From: Asterias rubens
Lineage: Eukaryota
NCBI RefSeq assembly: GCF_902459465.1
Contig: NC_047080.1
Span: forward strand, 3,844,001 to 3,908,000
DNA: 64,000 nt
Direction of reading: 5' to 3'
Position numbers and translations under genes: made by a program. The notes under the pieces were generated by a model that saw only the letters and a program-made list of their open reading frames with translations, did not search any database and was not told the origin of the DNA. Positions 1-13,073 of this stretch are shown here, piece after piece (position 1 is the first letter of the stretch; every line of letters begins with the position of its first letter).

Positions 1-75
1 GTAGAGCAAGAGTAACCACAATTTTTGTGCCGTCGCCGTGAAGTTTTCTTCCGTGGAGCCTAGCCAGCCGTGAAC

Positions 76-3000
76 ATGAACCACGATCACATGGTTTGTA
101 TGAATTTACATTGTTACTCGGTGACAATAGTTTAGATACGTATGACCGTATTGGATTTGGAATGATAGAATTAGAATTATTGACTGCTAGGCACGGTCCT
201 ACTACCTAGACTTGCCGTCAACTCGCCGACTTGCCGTCAACTCGCCGTCAACTCATTTTCGTGCCGTCAACTCATTCAATTTACATGAACAATTTATAAA
301 TGGGACACGGAAGTGTTTAAGTCTGGGCTAAACTACATATTTCTCATGGTTTTCGGTAAAAATTCATTCACAAAAACGACTTTGTGTTGATAGAAAAAAA
401 GTACCAATCATTGACATCTTGGGCCAAGACTAATCAATGTGAAAAAGCAAGATGGCGGCCGACGGTTTTGCTGTTTCGAGATAATTTTTTTACGAGAAAA
501 AAACTCAATTTTTATTCCGAAATATGACCTAAAACTTTCGCGAATTCTCTTTGAGCTGATACTTTACAGTTCTATGCTTCTTTTGTGGATTTTAAATGTA
601 TATTGGAGGAGTTGACGGCGAGTTGACGGCGCAAGTGAGTTGACGGCGAGTTGACGGCAAGTAGTAGGACCCGCTAGGCATACTCCTGCGGTTTCGTTCC
701 GCTATCGTCTCTCGCCATGGAGGTAGAATTCCATGCTCTCGCAAACTGGAGACTAGGCCTACCTTAGCCCTTGTAGTAGGACGTCAGTCAGTGCGGATAA
801 CTTTCCGTATGGCGCCACCACTTTTTCACTCATTTTTACAAAAAGGGATATCTCATTGAGGTAAATATTAAAATAAGATACTATATTATTATTTCATATC
901 GAATGAAAAAGTGGTGGCGCCATATGGAAACTTTTCCTATAGTATAAAATCATGGTTTAAAAAAAAAACGCTCATTCTTGAAATCCTCTTTTTCCATTAT
1001 AAGCCTACCTTGTTGATAGTTGCGATAACGTAACCCTCCTCCGGACGGCCGCCAGGAGGAGGGTTACGTTATCGCAACCTTGTTGATTGAACTTGTTGAA
1101 TGATTTTTGACAATATTTCCCTTTAAAATTTAAAATTTTGAAAAATCCTCTGGAGCTAGAATCCGAATCGGATAACTTTCTGTATGGCGCCACCACTCTT
1201 TCACTCATTTAAAAAAAAAAGGGACATCTCAATGAGGTAAATTGTAGATTATTTCATATCAAATAAAAAAGTGGTGGCGCTATTTGAAAACTTTTCCCTA
1301 GAATCATTATTATTGGGGTGAACTCCTTTTAACCAATTTTCATACCACTTTTTCACTCATTTTTACAAAAAGGGACATCTCAATGAGATAAATTGTAGAT
1401 TGTTTCATATCAAATAAAAAAGTGGTGGCGCTATTGGAAAACTTTTCCCTAGAATCATTATTATTGGGTGAGACTCCTTTTAACAAATTTTCATTATTAC
1501 TATGGACAAAAATTTCCTTCCACAACTTTTTCATTCGATATGAAATAAATTGGTGGCTAATTTTACTCAAATGATATTCCTTTTGGGAAAAATAAGTGAA
1601 AAAGTGGTGGCAGGATATGAAAGATTTTCATCCTGCCACCACTACGGTCATGCATTTTTACCAAGCTTAAGGAATAGGCCTATCTCGTTCGAGTAATTTT
1701 TTTATATACAAACTCATGGTAATGGGGCGGGGATGGGGTGTGGCTAATAGGTGTGGCTCGGCAGAGTCTGAAAACTAACTGCGGAAAAAAAGGGACTTTG
1801 TGAAATAGGAAAATAGAATTGACACAAGAAATAATTATGATAGAAATCAATCAATAGTCACTACTTTGACACTAGTCAACAAGTCGCGTGAGGCAGTACA
1901 ACGCAAAGCTAGTCTCAAAGCTTGGTGAAAGAGTATGTTCTTTTTTCCATTCCTATGTTTTTAGGACATGACTACCATGATGCCTGGTATGGGTCATAAC
2001 ATGTCAGAGGGCATGACCCATGACCCCAGTCACACGATGGAGGGCGGTATGGATCACGATGGAATGGATCATGGTGACGGGATGGACCATGGATCGATGG
2101 GACATTCGGTATGTATCCACATGACCCATAGAAACCATCAGAAATAATCTAGAATAATTTGTCAGCAGTGGACAACCATATATAAACCATCCGAAACCAA
2201 TCAGATTTTTATAGCTTTGCAGCCCACCTGCAGATATTTTTTATTTGATTCAAATTGATTATCATCTCTAAAAAAGTATACAGCATTAATTAAGTTTTTT
2301 ATGATGAACGTCATTTAAAGGCAGTGGACACTATTGATAATTACTCAAAATAATTATCATAATAAAACCTCATTTGGTAACCAGTAATGGGGAGAGGTTG
2401 ATAGTATAAAACATTGTGAGAAACGGCTTCCTCTGAAGTGATGTAGTTTTCGAGAAAGAAGTAATTTTCCACGAATTTGATTTTGAGACCTCAGATTTAG
2501 AACTTGAGGTCATGAAAACAACCATCTAAACGCATACAACTTCGTGTGACAAGGGTGTTTTTTCTTTCGTTATTATCTCGCAAGTTCGAAGATCGATTTA
2601 GCTCAAATTTTCACAGGTTTGTTATTTTATGCATATGTTGAGATACACCAAGTGATAAGACTAGTCTTTGACAATTACCAATAGTGTCCATTGTCTTATT
2701 GAAACAAACAAATTACAAGGTGTATGGTACAATTGTTAAGCTTTGTGTGTGGGTAGGCATACGCCCAGCTGTGGAGACTGTTGCACAATGGAACAAAGGT
2801 CCCATAGTGTTTTTCTTTGTTGAACTGGGTCTCAAAGTGAATAGAAGGGAAAACAATTGTGCATGCAAAAGAATGTGCTTACATAAAAGGTTAACTGTAG
2901 GCCTGAGAACACAAGGATACAGCAGTATCACTTAACAGTGGTCCGCTGGCCAAATGGCATTTAAAACACCAAAGAACCAGTTATGAATTCTGTCAAACTA

Positions 3001-6000
3001 TTCCAGCTGGCTAGTTGATTGCATGCCACTAACCTGGTAAACCACTGATTTTTCATATTGATTCAATTCAAATCACATTCTACAGTGCCCTTATGTTGAA
3101 TGGAAACCCCAAAATACAGACCTGTGAAATGACAAGCTAACTGGTCCTGCTTGCTAGTCACTGAAAGACTTACTTATAAATACAGAAATAACTGTTTTGA
3201 CTGTTTTACACCTTGTTATTGGAACATCTTGAGTTTGGACTTCTTTGTTGCATCTTCTGTAGGTGCTTTGTAACCTTGGGAAAAAGGTGTCTCATATAAA
3301 TGCTGGTATTTTCATGTATGTATGTAAAAAGTCAAGGGCAAACCCCAATGAAATTAATTAGGGATTTGAAACACTATGTGGACTTGCACAGCACACAATC
3401 ACACTTAATTATTTACCAAGATGAAAAAAAGGATTTTCCTAAGAAGAAAGTGTACAGAACGAAGAAATAACCACCCAGCGACTGCAAACAGAGAGCTGTG
3501 CCTCTAAACATGCTTTTACCTTACATGTTTTTTTAATTTTAAATAATGGAACAACGCTATCCCCACAAGCTTGTCTTGTTATAGACCTTTATCAAGCTGC
3601 CTCCATTTTGGTCATGTTCCTCGTATCAAATAACCAAAATGAATACTAATAATCATTTTGAAAAAAAGGAACCAGACTATTTTGTTCCTCTAGCCTCGGT
3701 TTGGTTACACTGGTATCAATGGGAGAAATTCAAGATGGCTGCACCATGATAAAGTTCTATAGTGGTACCCCACAGACAATTGTCTGTGTGGCGGAAGTAC
3801 ATACTGTAGCGTTTATGTCACTACAAAATACAATATGCCTGCCATATGTTTGACAGAGTTGGATGTGAAATATACGCCTTGCCATGAACCTGGTGAGCAG
3901 TAATTCAACCCTCAAATATATTACGATCGCATATTGGAACATGCCACGCTTCACCTGACTTGTGAAATGCACAAGTTTTCAATAAAAATAAAAGTGGGGA
4001 TGGGTTGAAAATTTTACTTTTTGTAGGTAGGTTTTATTTCATACACTAAAAAACCTTTTAGCCGCGATATTTACAAGATAATGAAAAACAAAAGAATCAA
4101 GGCCATGACTGGAAAAGAAAATAGCGATGTTAATTTTTTCATAGGACTCTGGAAAGTACTGAGTATGCAGTGCTAACACACATCGATGTATGGGTAAAAA
4201 CCAAAAATTAATATTCTTTATACCTGATCCAAATTTAACATCATGTTACTGTGTTAGTCTAGCAGTACCCATAATGTTAAATGCCATGAATAGGCCTATA
4301 TTACTATCTATTTTTACAAAGAAAAATGCTAATAAGACTTCCAGTAATAGTTACTGCAGTGGGGCTATTAAGTTTAAAGCTGATTTCTATCCCTGTATTT
4401 TTTGTCACAACTTGAATTTGTACTTGTTCGATAAAGGTAATTTTTAAAAATTCACATGGTACGGGGTACTTATGGCAATTCAAATCCATTCTGCACCAGT
4501 ACACAGCCCAAAAATTTGGCCCATAATATTATTTGTTGAAGACCACATCCGCATGGAATTGTTATTGTGGAGATTTCATGAAGTGATTGAAGGTCATTTT
4601 ATCTCTTTTCTCTAACCCATCTGTTACTGCCAGAGATATTTTCTTTGTTTTTAAGCACACTGTAATCTAGCTAGAACAAACACAACAGGACGATTTTAAT
4701 TTTATATCTTTAGTCAATCTACCTACTACGGACTCCTACATGTAGTCAATTAAAAACCAGCATTTAATTAATGTTTAACTAGTGAACTTAATAAGTATTG
4801 ATTCTGATTGACAATATGCATACTTCGATGTGTGGGGAGGGGGCTTGAAGAAGAAAAACAATCACCGATGATTTGAAAAAAAAAAAACTGGCATATAAAT
4901 ATAAGTCAGCTGGAAAGTGCGCTTAGTGTTAGCATGTGCAGACTCTTTGCTGCTTGTCATTAAACCCACACCAAATAACGTCATGGTATGCCAAAACCTG
5001 TATTTGGGTAATAACTTCCAAAATGGAAAACTGAAAACTGCCCAGGGTGCAGCAGAGCGTTTGATTTGTCTGGGCTTATTTGTCTTTTCTAGTAACAGTG
5101 TCAGAGCAAGCAACGTGTACGCTTCTCAGAATACTCTAAATTTCTATTGTGCTTATAAATGTTCGCGAATCAAATAAACCCACACAAGATGTACAGCACA
5201 TTATATGGAGACCATAGAGTTGAAGACAAATGGCCTTCAAAATGATTGTATTTTTATTTTCATTGATTATCGTCAGGTGTTGATAACTGTTTCAACCACC
5301 AGCGATAATTTAATTTATTTTGACTAATTTAGTGTCATCGCTAAAAGCCACTGTACACATTTGGTAATTGTCAAAGACCAGTGTTCTCACTGGGTGTATC
5401 CCATCATAATCATAAAATAACAAGCCTGTGAAAATTTGGGCTCAATTGGTCATCAAAGTTGCGAGAAAATGATGAAAGAAAAACACCCTTGTTGGACGAA
5501 TTTGTGTGCTTTCAGTTAGGAATAAAAGACTTCTAGCTAGAAGTATTTTATTATTTTAGTGAGAAATTACCTCTTTCTCAAAAAGTACGTTACTTCAGAG
5601 GGAGTCGTTTCCCACAATGTTTAATACTATCAACAGCTCTCCAATGCTCGTTACCAAGTCAGTTATTAAGTAAATATTTGTTTTGAGTAATTACCAAACG
5701 TGTACTTCCCTTTAAGAGAGAGTGTACCTTTATAAGGCCTTATTCATAAATACTCCCTAAATTAATTGAAATGTGAGCCTTGATTTTGTTTTCCCTGCAC
5801 TTTTAAGGTTCAATACTTATTTTGTTTTTCTCTTTTTTTGTTGCCTTTAGATGACATTCTACTTTAGCACCACAGTGATGATTCTTTTTGAAGGATGGAA
5901 TGTGACAACAGTTGGAGGTAGAGTTTTAATTTGTGACATTTATTAATATGAGACACCGATGTTAGGACATAAAAAAACTCACTTGACTGATTTTGGACTC

Positions 6001-9000
6001 ATTAAATTTGATAATAAACAGTGACAAATTTCATCCACTACTTTGGTATAGCAAAGTATTTTGACTGAACAGACTTTTGTGCACTCTGAATGGTAATATT
6101 GGTTACAACTGATACATTTTGCATAGTAGGCCTTTAAAACAAAATCTGTACAAGAGAAATTGTTCACTTGATAGATGAACCCAAAATGGTGTTTTTTGGT
6201 TGGAGAACCAGTTTTGACTCGCTGTCTTGTCAAATAATTTGCCTGTCAAGCTTGGGAGCAGTGTGTCCTTTCACACGAATGTGGTCGTGCTGTCCAAGTA
6301 TCAAATGTTTATGAGAACATGTAATATGCCTACAGGAACATCCCATGGGAAACTAGACTGATGGAAATTTTATAAAAAATTCCAACATTAAAAATGTACT
6401 TTCCCTTTGAAGAATGTGAAAGCATTATTTCCAAGAGTAATCTGCTACAAAACAAATATCACAGTCTTTTGAATTGATTTTCTGGAAACCTTCCAAGTTG
6501 ACCTTTAAAATATTTCCATGACCCTATACGACCCCTGAGATGTTTAGTTCCTCATTCTAGAATTCCCCTGTGGCTTTAGGCAAGTTCCATGCACTTGTAG
6601 GTACTTGGGTAAACTTGGCGCCCTGACGGTTGTAAGAAGCCAGTTCTTTCAGGGGTCACTCAAAGTTGTCGACACGTTATTTAATTTTTATTTTATTTTA
6701 TTTTATTCAGCATTCAAACAGTGCAAGCGCCAATATAACAGAATTTAACATTTTTCATATAATGTTAAATACAGTAAAATGTATTAACTAATAACATGTA
6801 TAGGAAATAAACAAAACATAAAAACATTCACAAGGCAAGAGGTAAACCCTAAAATAAAAACAGACTGAAAACATGCAAGACCCACATAAAGGACAATGGA
6901 CTAAGGTAGGCCCTTTACATTAGTACAGAGAAACACTTTTTTAAAGACCTTTTCCCCAGGGCAGGATTATAAATTGACGCCCCCCTACCCCCCTCCCCCC
7001 CACCCACCACCCCATAGCACTTTTCAAAACGATTGCTTCGTCATCAACTCATACAATTGTGGTGAACAACAAGATATCAGGACAAGTGCTTTTTAGAACT
7101 AGCACTATCCTGAGTTGCCCTAGTCTACTCCATGACAGTGGACAAATGGTCACACCATTTTTATTTACTTGGAACAAATCTGCACACCAAGGTAGATTGT
7201 ATCAGCATCACATGATGTTGCCACGAACCAATACACGATGTAATTGTCATCATCGTTGCTATTTGAGAACAATTTGATTTTCAAATTTGTTTTCTCCCTC
7301 ATAAAAATAAGAAAAATTGTGATTAAACAGCTTGAAAAGTCCAAAGTAGGTCATCCCTTGTGCTCAATAACATTGTTGTACCCTACTCAAGAGCCAAATA
7401 TCATACCTGATGGTGTTACTGCACACCAAAATGTACATGATGATGATGTAATTGTCAGCATTGTTGTGATTGTGGAACAGTTTCCTTGTCCAGAGTTTAG
7501 CAATCAGGAAATGAAAGTAAAAGAACACTTCACTTTGTTTGAGGTGTGAAGAGAGGAGCATAGTGTACATGGGTGTTGATTTCTTTGTATTCAAACAGAC
7601 TCATTCGAATAACAATTGAGAATGAAAGTAATGAATGAGACGTTTCGTAAGACTACTGAGAATAGTTCCTGGATCCGGCTTTTCCTTGTCATTGTGCCGA
7701 AGGTTCTGTTGTCATACCCACTCTTGGATTACTACGTTTGCCTTTATATTGACCCAACAAAGGTTCTGTTGTAATACCTGCAAGTCTCGGCTCTACCTCT
7801 TTCCTTGTCATTGACCCAAAGGTTTCTGTTGTAATATCCACTACTATCGAATCCAACTTTTCCTTTTCATTGGTCCAGAGGCTCTATAGTGGTTTCACGG
7901 TATTACATCCCTCCCCCCCCCCCAAAAAAAAGCTTATAATTCAGAAACCTTGGTTTACAAATGTGGCATGATTTTGACAATTCCAATGAGCTTGTGCAAA
8001 GTGGTTTAGACAATGGAAATATTAAAATATGTTGGCATGTGCTGACAACATGCCCCTGTACTTCCTCCATGCTCTATTCGTGAATGGTAAGCATGAGTCA
8101 CATAGTTTGTCTAAATCATTAATCTGTTGATCTCATTATTGTAAGCTGTTACGGATTAAACCTTTTGTTTGTAATTTGAGATACTGTCCTGAGCATGTAG
8201 ACATTAACTATTGAAATGTTGTAGTGTTATCAAAGATGGGTTATTGAAGTATGGTCTATGAATTGTACTAGGCAATATAGTGTTGCCAAATTGCTCCAGA
8301 ATAATCCCTGTTTTGCATTCGAATTGGATAGACAAAATACCATTTGATTCGAAGTAGGAAGTCCAATGGAGAATTTGACAACCCCCCCTCCCTCCCCGCT
8401 CCAGCCCCAACACCCCTGCCCCAACCCCCGCACTTGCTTACACCCTTTTAAATCCTCAAAGTTAAAAAGGTTGAAACTTTTGTTTATTTCAGGACTGGTC
8501 GGATCCTGCATTGCGATCTTTTTCCTGGCCATGCTCTACGAGGGGCTGAAAGTCTTCCGCGAAACCCTTCTGCGTCGTTCAGCGGTAAACATTCGCTTCC
8601 ACAGCATGCAGATAGCCAAAGGGTCTGAGGCCATGTTGACTGAGACGCACCGTGCTGGAGAGTGAGTTAATAATAACCAGTAAATAATAACTAGTTAATA
8701 ATAACTAGTTAATAATAACTAGTTAATAATAACTAGTTAATAATAACTAGTTAATAATAACTAGTTAATAATAACTAGTTAATAATAACTTGTTAATAAT
8801 AACTAGTTAATAATAACTAGTTAATAATAACTAGTTAATAATAACTAGTTAATAATAACTAGTTAATAATAACTAGTTAATAATAACTAGTTAATAATAA
8901 CTAGTTAATAATAACTAGTTAATAATAACTAGTTAATAATAACTAGTTAATAATAACTAGTTCTTATACAGTGCATTTCAAAATAAAGTCTGAATGTGCT

Positions 9001-9983
9001 TTATATTAGTGCTCTGGTCATTGGGCCTATGACATTCCTGTAATCTATTTCAGCTCCCTGGAGGGTATACAGCCCTGAGCTGCTGTATGGCGCTAGTGGC
9101 TTTTTCAAACACAGCATCAATTTCTACCCTTACAGGTACCAATTTATGGGTGCGTTCGTTTAGCTTCCCTGGGTCGACCCCGGTCTGCCCGGTACGTTCG
9201 AATAGCTTTGACGGGGCTCACCTGGGTCAGCCCCCAGTGCCCTGCTTGTCAAGTGGGTCACTTGGGGGTGACCTGAGGTGCATGCCGTGAGTGTGATCGT
9301 TCGATTAGCTCTTGTCAGGGGCTCACCCGGTGAGCAGCGCAGGGTAGACCCAGGGAAGCTAAATGAACGCACCCTATATATATACCCTTAGGTGAAAAGA
9401 AGCAATTATAGTAAAGCATCTTGCTCAAGGACACTAGTGCCACGACCGGGATTCGAATCCACACCCCGATGACCTAATCACAAGATTTTGCATTCGATGC
9501 TCTTAACCACTCTGATATAAATTTATAAAAATGGGATAAAAATGGGATAAAAAATTGGGGTCTCTAACCTCCTGCAAAAATGAGCAGGACACCAGTCACA
9601 GATGGTAGATGTGTAATGGTATTTGGCTGATTAGCTTAGTCTGGTAAGCTAAAATCTATATTGGGCTAAGTTACCTTTAACAGCTCCTGTTAAATTGGGG
9701 TGGGGTTAGTTTCTGTTACTCATCTGTCAGGATGTCTTGTATGATGACACCCTTGTACCATTTCGGTTTCTCTCTCTACAGATCTCGTATTATAAGCTTC
9801 AGTCATGTCATCCAGACGCTTCTCCACATGGTTCAAGTCACTGTAAGCTACTTCCTTATGCTCGTCTTCATGACCTTCAATGGCTGGCTCTGCATCTCGG
9901 TCATCCTCGGCGCTGGCTTCGGATATTTTCTCTTCGGTTGGAAACGGGCTATCGTGGTAGATGTCAACGAACACTGTCACTAG
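76..9983 (+). CDS. SLC31A1: High-affinity copper transporter CTR1, 5 coding exons, 199 aa
   Basis: Exons 76-93, 1965-2108, 5851-5917, 8493-8661, 9782-9983. All introns are GT-AG and phases are consistent (600 nt). Met/His-rich N-terminus (MNHDHMDMTTMM...GMDH repeats), MTFYF, TM2 MLVFM (MxxxM), TM3 GAGFG (GxxxG), C-terminal HCH. Confidence 0.96.
194..672. mobile_element. Non-autonomous DNA transposon (hAT-like MITE) in CTR1 intron 1
   Basis: Terminal inverted repeats cggtcctactac...gtagtaggaccc with subterminal (ttgccgtcaactcgccg)-type repeats. 8-bp TSD gctaggca at 186-193 and 673-680. Internal sequence recurs near 53060-53250. Confidence 0.8.
795..1641. mobile_element. Cluster of four ~130-145 bp palindromic MITE copies (GG...CC termini, Merlin/hAT-like)
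   Basis: Copies 795-937, 1170-1297, ~1344-1448 (partial) and ~1508-1641 (degenerate), with TIR ggataactttccgtatggcgccaccactttt. Same family as 28484-28616 and 38776-38913, which retain 8-bp TSDs. Confidence 0.8.
1019..1078. repeat. Short perfect hairpin element (24-bp arms)
   Basis: gttgcgataacgtaaccctcctcc / ggaggagggttacgttatcgcaac. Half copies near 37265-37297 and 47551-47582. Confidence 0.75.
2319..2696. mobile_element. Kolobok-like TTAA MITE, family A
   Basis: ttaa|aggcagtggacactatt...aatagtgtccattgtct. Highly similar copies at 15445, 19817 and 31134. Confidence 0.8.
5345..5711. mobile_element. Kolobok-like TTAA MITE, family A variant
   Basis: Shares the family A body in reverse orientation and ends ...gtgtacttccct|ttaa. 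Similar to 29542-29868. Confidence 0.75.
8667..8960. repeat. 14-bp minisatellite (ttaataataactag) x21
   Basis: 294 bp of near-perfect tandem units starting at +6 of the CTR1 intron 4 donor. Confidence 0.97.
9148..9374. mobile_element. PIF/Harbinger-like MITE
   Basis: TIR gggtgcgttcgtttagcttccctg ... cagggaagctaaatgaacgcaccc with 3-bp TSD tat. Family members at 22867-23122 and 38562-38705 (TSD att). Confidence 0.8.
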
Positions 9984-12900
9984 CAACTTGGTTTTGATAA
10001 AAAAAGGTATTTTTTTCTTTAGTATCCGGAAAATAAATAATGTCTGTCAGGGGAGTGTCATTTTGTTTATTTCTTTCTTTAATATTTACCTCCCCATGCT
10101 TTTGGCAATGAACGACAAACGACCGTACTAGACGAATCCTTGGGCTTCGTCTTCAAAACTTGGGTTGATCTTTTTTGTCCAACAGTGCCTCAACTTTAGA
10201 ACTTTAGAATTCTCAGTACTCCATCAATGTATGATCAACTAAGATCTAGAGTTCTTAACTCTTTTGAACACGTTTTAGTGGCTCTTTGATTCTTAAAGTG
10301 TAAATTGTGTCCCTCAATGTTTCTGTCAATTTTGTTTCTTGTGAGCTTATTTCTTTTCTTCTTTTAAATTTTAAATTACTTTTTTTTTGGGGGGGGGGTG
10401 GGGTCAGGCAAAGAATATGCAAATGTTTACCACCCACTGTAGAACTTTTGTTTTGTAGCTTCATGTTGTAAAGTTTTATCCACTCAAACCAGAGGCGTAA
10501 CCAAACATTTCCATTTAGTTCACGTCTTTGTTTGAGGGGGAGGGGGGGAACAGGGTGATTACATTAATGCGGGGAAGGGTGGGGGAGAGGTGTGCCCCTC
10601 CTCCACCTACCCCTGGTTACGCCGTTGCAAAAACAGATTTAGTTTAAGTTCAACAAACAGAAAATGTACACTGTATGTGTTTTATTATCTAATCAGAAGA
10701 ATTGTTTAGACAGCTTAATACTGCAAACTTGTTAATCTTATGCTGCCAGGGTGTATGTCTTTAATAAAGTTTGTGAGCGATCATTTTATAAATGATTAGT
10801 TTTAAAATGCAGGATTAGTTAGCAGGTATTACACAAGGCGGGAAAAAAACAACTTCAAGCTGATCTTAAAATTCATTCCATTCCCAATCCCCCAGACAAA
10901 TCGTTCTGATCAACTTTGAGGAAATAGCATGTGACTATCTCACAAATCACGGTTGCTTATTTGATCGCTGCAACCAAAATAAGGTTATTACGAACATTCA
11001 CAAACTCTCTTTAAAAACATCAGTTTCCACTAAAACATAACCACCTAATTTGATGCAATTTTCACAAGTAAGCTTTATTTGAAAGATGTGTTTAAAGAAA
11101 ACTAGTATCTATGGGAATTTATTGACTCTTCCAACAAAACAATTCTGTACTCCATGTTTACCTGCTGTTTTTTAAAGATGATTACGCAGTCGATTATATT
11201 TATACAGAAATGCCTTTATTAAAATGCTGCTTTTAATCGAGCAATTAAATTCAAATGTAGAGGTTGGGGTGGTGGTTTTATAATTCAATACAGGACTTGC
11301 CCTCTGTCAGAGGCTACAAAGAGGGCGCTGTCAAAAGACGCTTCATGTCATAAAGCAACTGGCCCCCCCGCATTATTTTTTGTTCATGTGATACATCTAA
11401 CACAGTTTATAGTGATCATGTTTAATATGAAATGTATTGTGTTGAAATATGTGCTAGGAAAAGTGAAGCGGGGATCGTGATAGTTGAGTAATAGTGAATA
11501 AGAACGTCTTGCACCAAGACTAATGCAAAGAGTCCAGTGAAGCCTCCATCTTGTATTCAGTTGACTCAAAAGCATTTCAACATCTTGAATGTCGATCTTT
11601 TGTAAAGAACTGCAACTAAGTAAGTTACGCGTACATGTTTCTTTGATCATACTAACAATAAACAATCACAAAGAATCTTGGAAGGAATGTGAACCCTTGA
11701 CCTTCAGCTTTCTAGAGCAAATATTTAAACCTATAAAATGCCAATTAGTCACGTTAGTATAGGCGATGTGACCTATGTTTACATTCAAACCGCCCTCTGT
11801 TGACAAAAACACTATATACGTCATGTTTCGCCGGGCACTGAGTTGCGTAGTCATAGTAAGATTGCTTACACTTTCTAGCTGGCTGCCAAAACACAAAGGT
11901 TTTGCCCGGCGGTATGCGCGCGAATCATGTTATGATTTTCGTGTGACGTCAGAGGTCACCGTCTATATTGCGACCTTAATGTCCTTCCAGGTCAAATCGG
12001 TGGTCAGGTTAAGGCATGGTCTAGAATTAAAAGGTCTTGGGTGCAAATCCCACCTGGGGTGCTTGTTTTCATTGTTCCTGCTCAGTACTCGGAGAGCCGT
12101 GAGTAAATTATAACATACATTTTTCAATCTTTGTCATGCACACAATTATTACTGATTATTATTATTTTTATTTTTTATTTTTTATTTTTTAATTATTTAA
12201 TTATTAAATTGTTGACTGTTGTGTTGTGTTGGGTTCCAAGGTTCACTTAACCAAATTACCAAGATTAAATCTTGTATTCTAGTTTTAAAATTCTAGCATC
12301 AGAGTTACTATTAGATATATTTTATCAACAAAAATATGTGTAAGTTACATTATGAAGGCTACAATTAAAATGGTTTTTAATAAATCATATGGTGTTCCTG
12401 TTCTATTTTTCTGTCTGACGACCCACCCCCACAATATGATAGTTTTTGTTTGTTATTATTGTTTTGCTAGTTTCATAATAACATGGAACATTTAGAACGC
12501 CAGGTGACAGCAGACATACTGGGAAAATTCATTGTTCACGGTATTTATGTGTATTCTAGAAACTATGCTCTGTAACAATGGAAATATACCTGGTAATTAG
12601 TTGTCGGCTAACCACCTGTTGATTTCTTTGCAATGTAAGCTACAAACCATCTACCTGTTGTTTGTCTGTTAGATTTAATCATAGTTAAAATGTTTGTTGA
12701 GCAATTAACTCTTACCAGCACCAAACTATGAATAGTGTGGAAGTGGAAGTTACGTAATTTCATTATGGAAAGGCACATCTTTGTGGACCAATGAGCAACC
12801 TCCATTTGACGTATAGCGCCCTACTCAAATGACGGCAATGTGCATGATGTCTGTTCACTTCACATTGACGAAGAGCCACGTCTCTACAAGGAACAAAAAA

Positions 12901-13073
12901 CGCCCGATAAGACAGCATGGAGGAAGGGTAAGAAGTTGAAAACAGAGTTTGATGGACGAGTCAGTTTTACGATATCTTCAGCTAAAGATTATTATCACCA
13001 GACATTTTTTCCCCAAATAATTGTTAACAATTTGATAACATATTTTCCCTCCAAAACTGTCGTCCTCTGTAGA

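Noticed and set aside
7625-7665. gaaacgtc motif on the minus strand suggesting another hammerhead
   Set aside because: No CUGANGA core or stem II upstream.
9087-9372. ORFs inside Harbinger-like MITEs (also 22638-23229, 38564-38755) and Kolobok-like MITEs
   Set aside because: They lie within non-autonomous repeats and show no transposase motifs.
9720-9997. Antisense or alternate-frame ORFs over coding exons (also 16345-16873, 45448-46435, 50540-50972)
   Set aside because: Shadow ORFs of real coding sequence with no independent signals.
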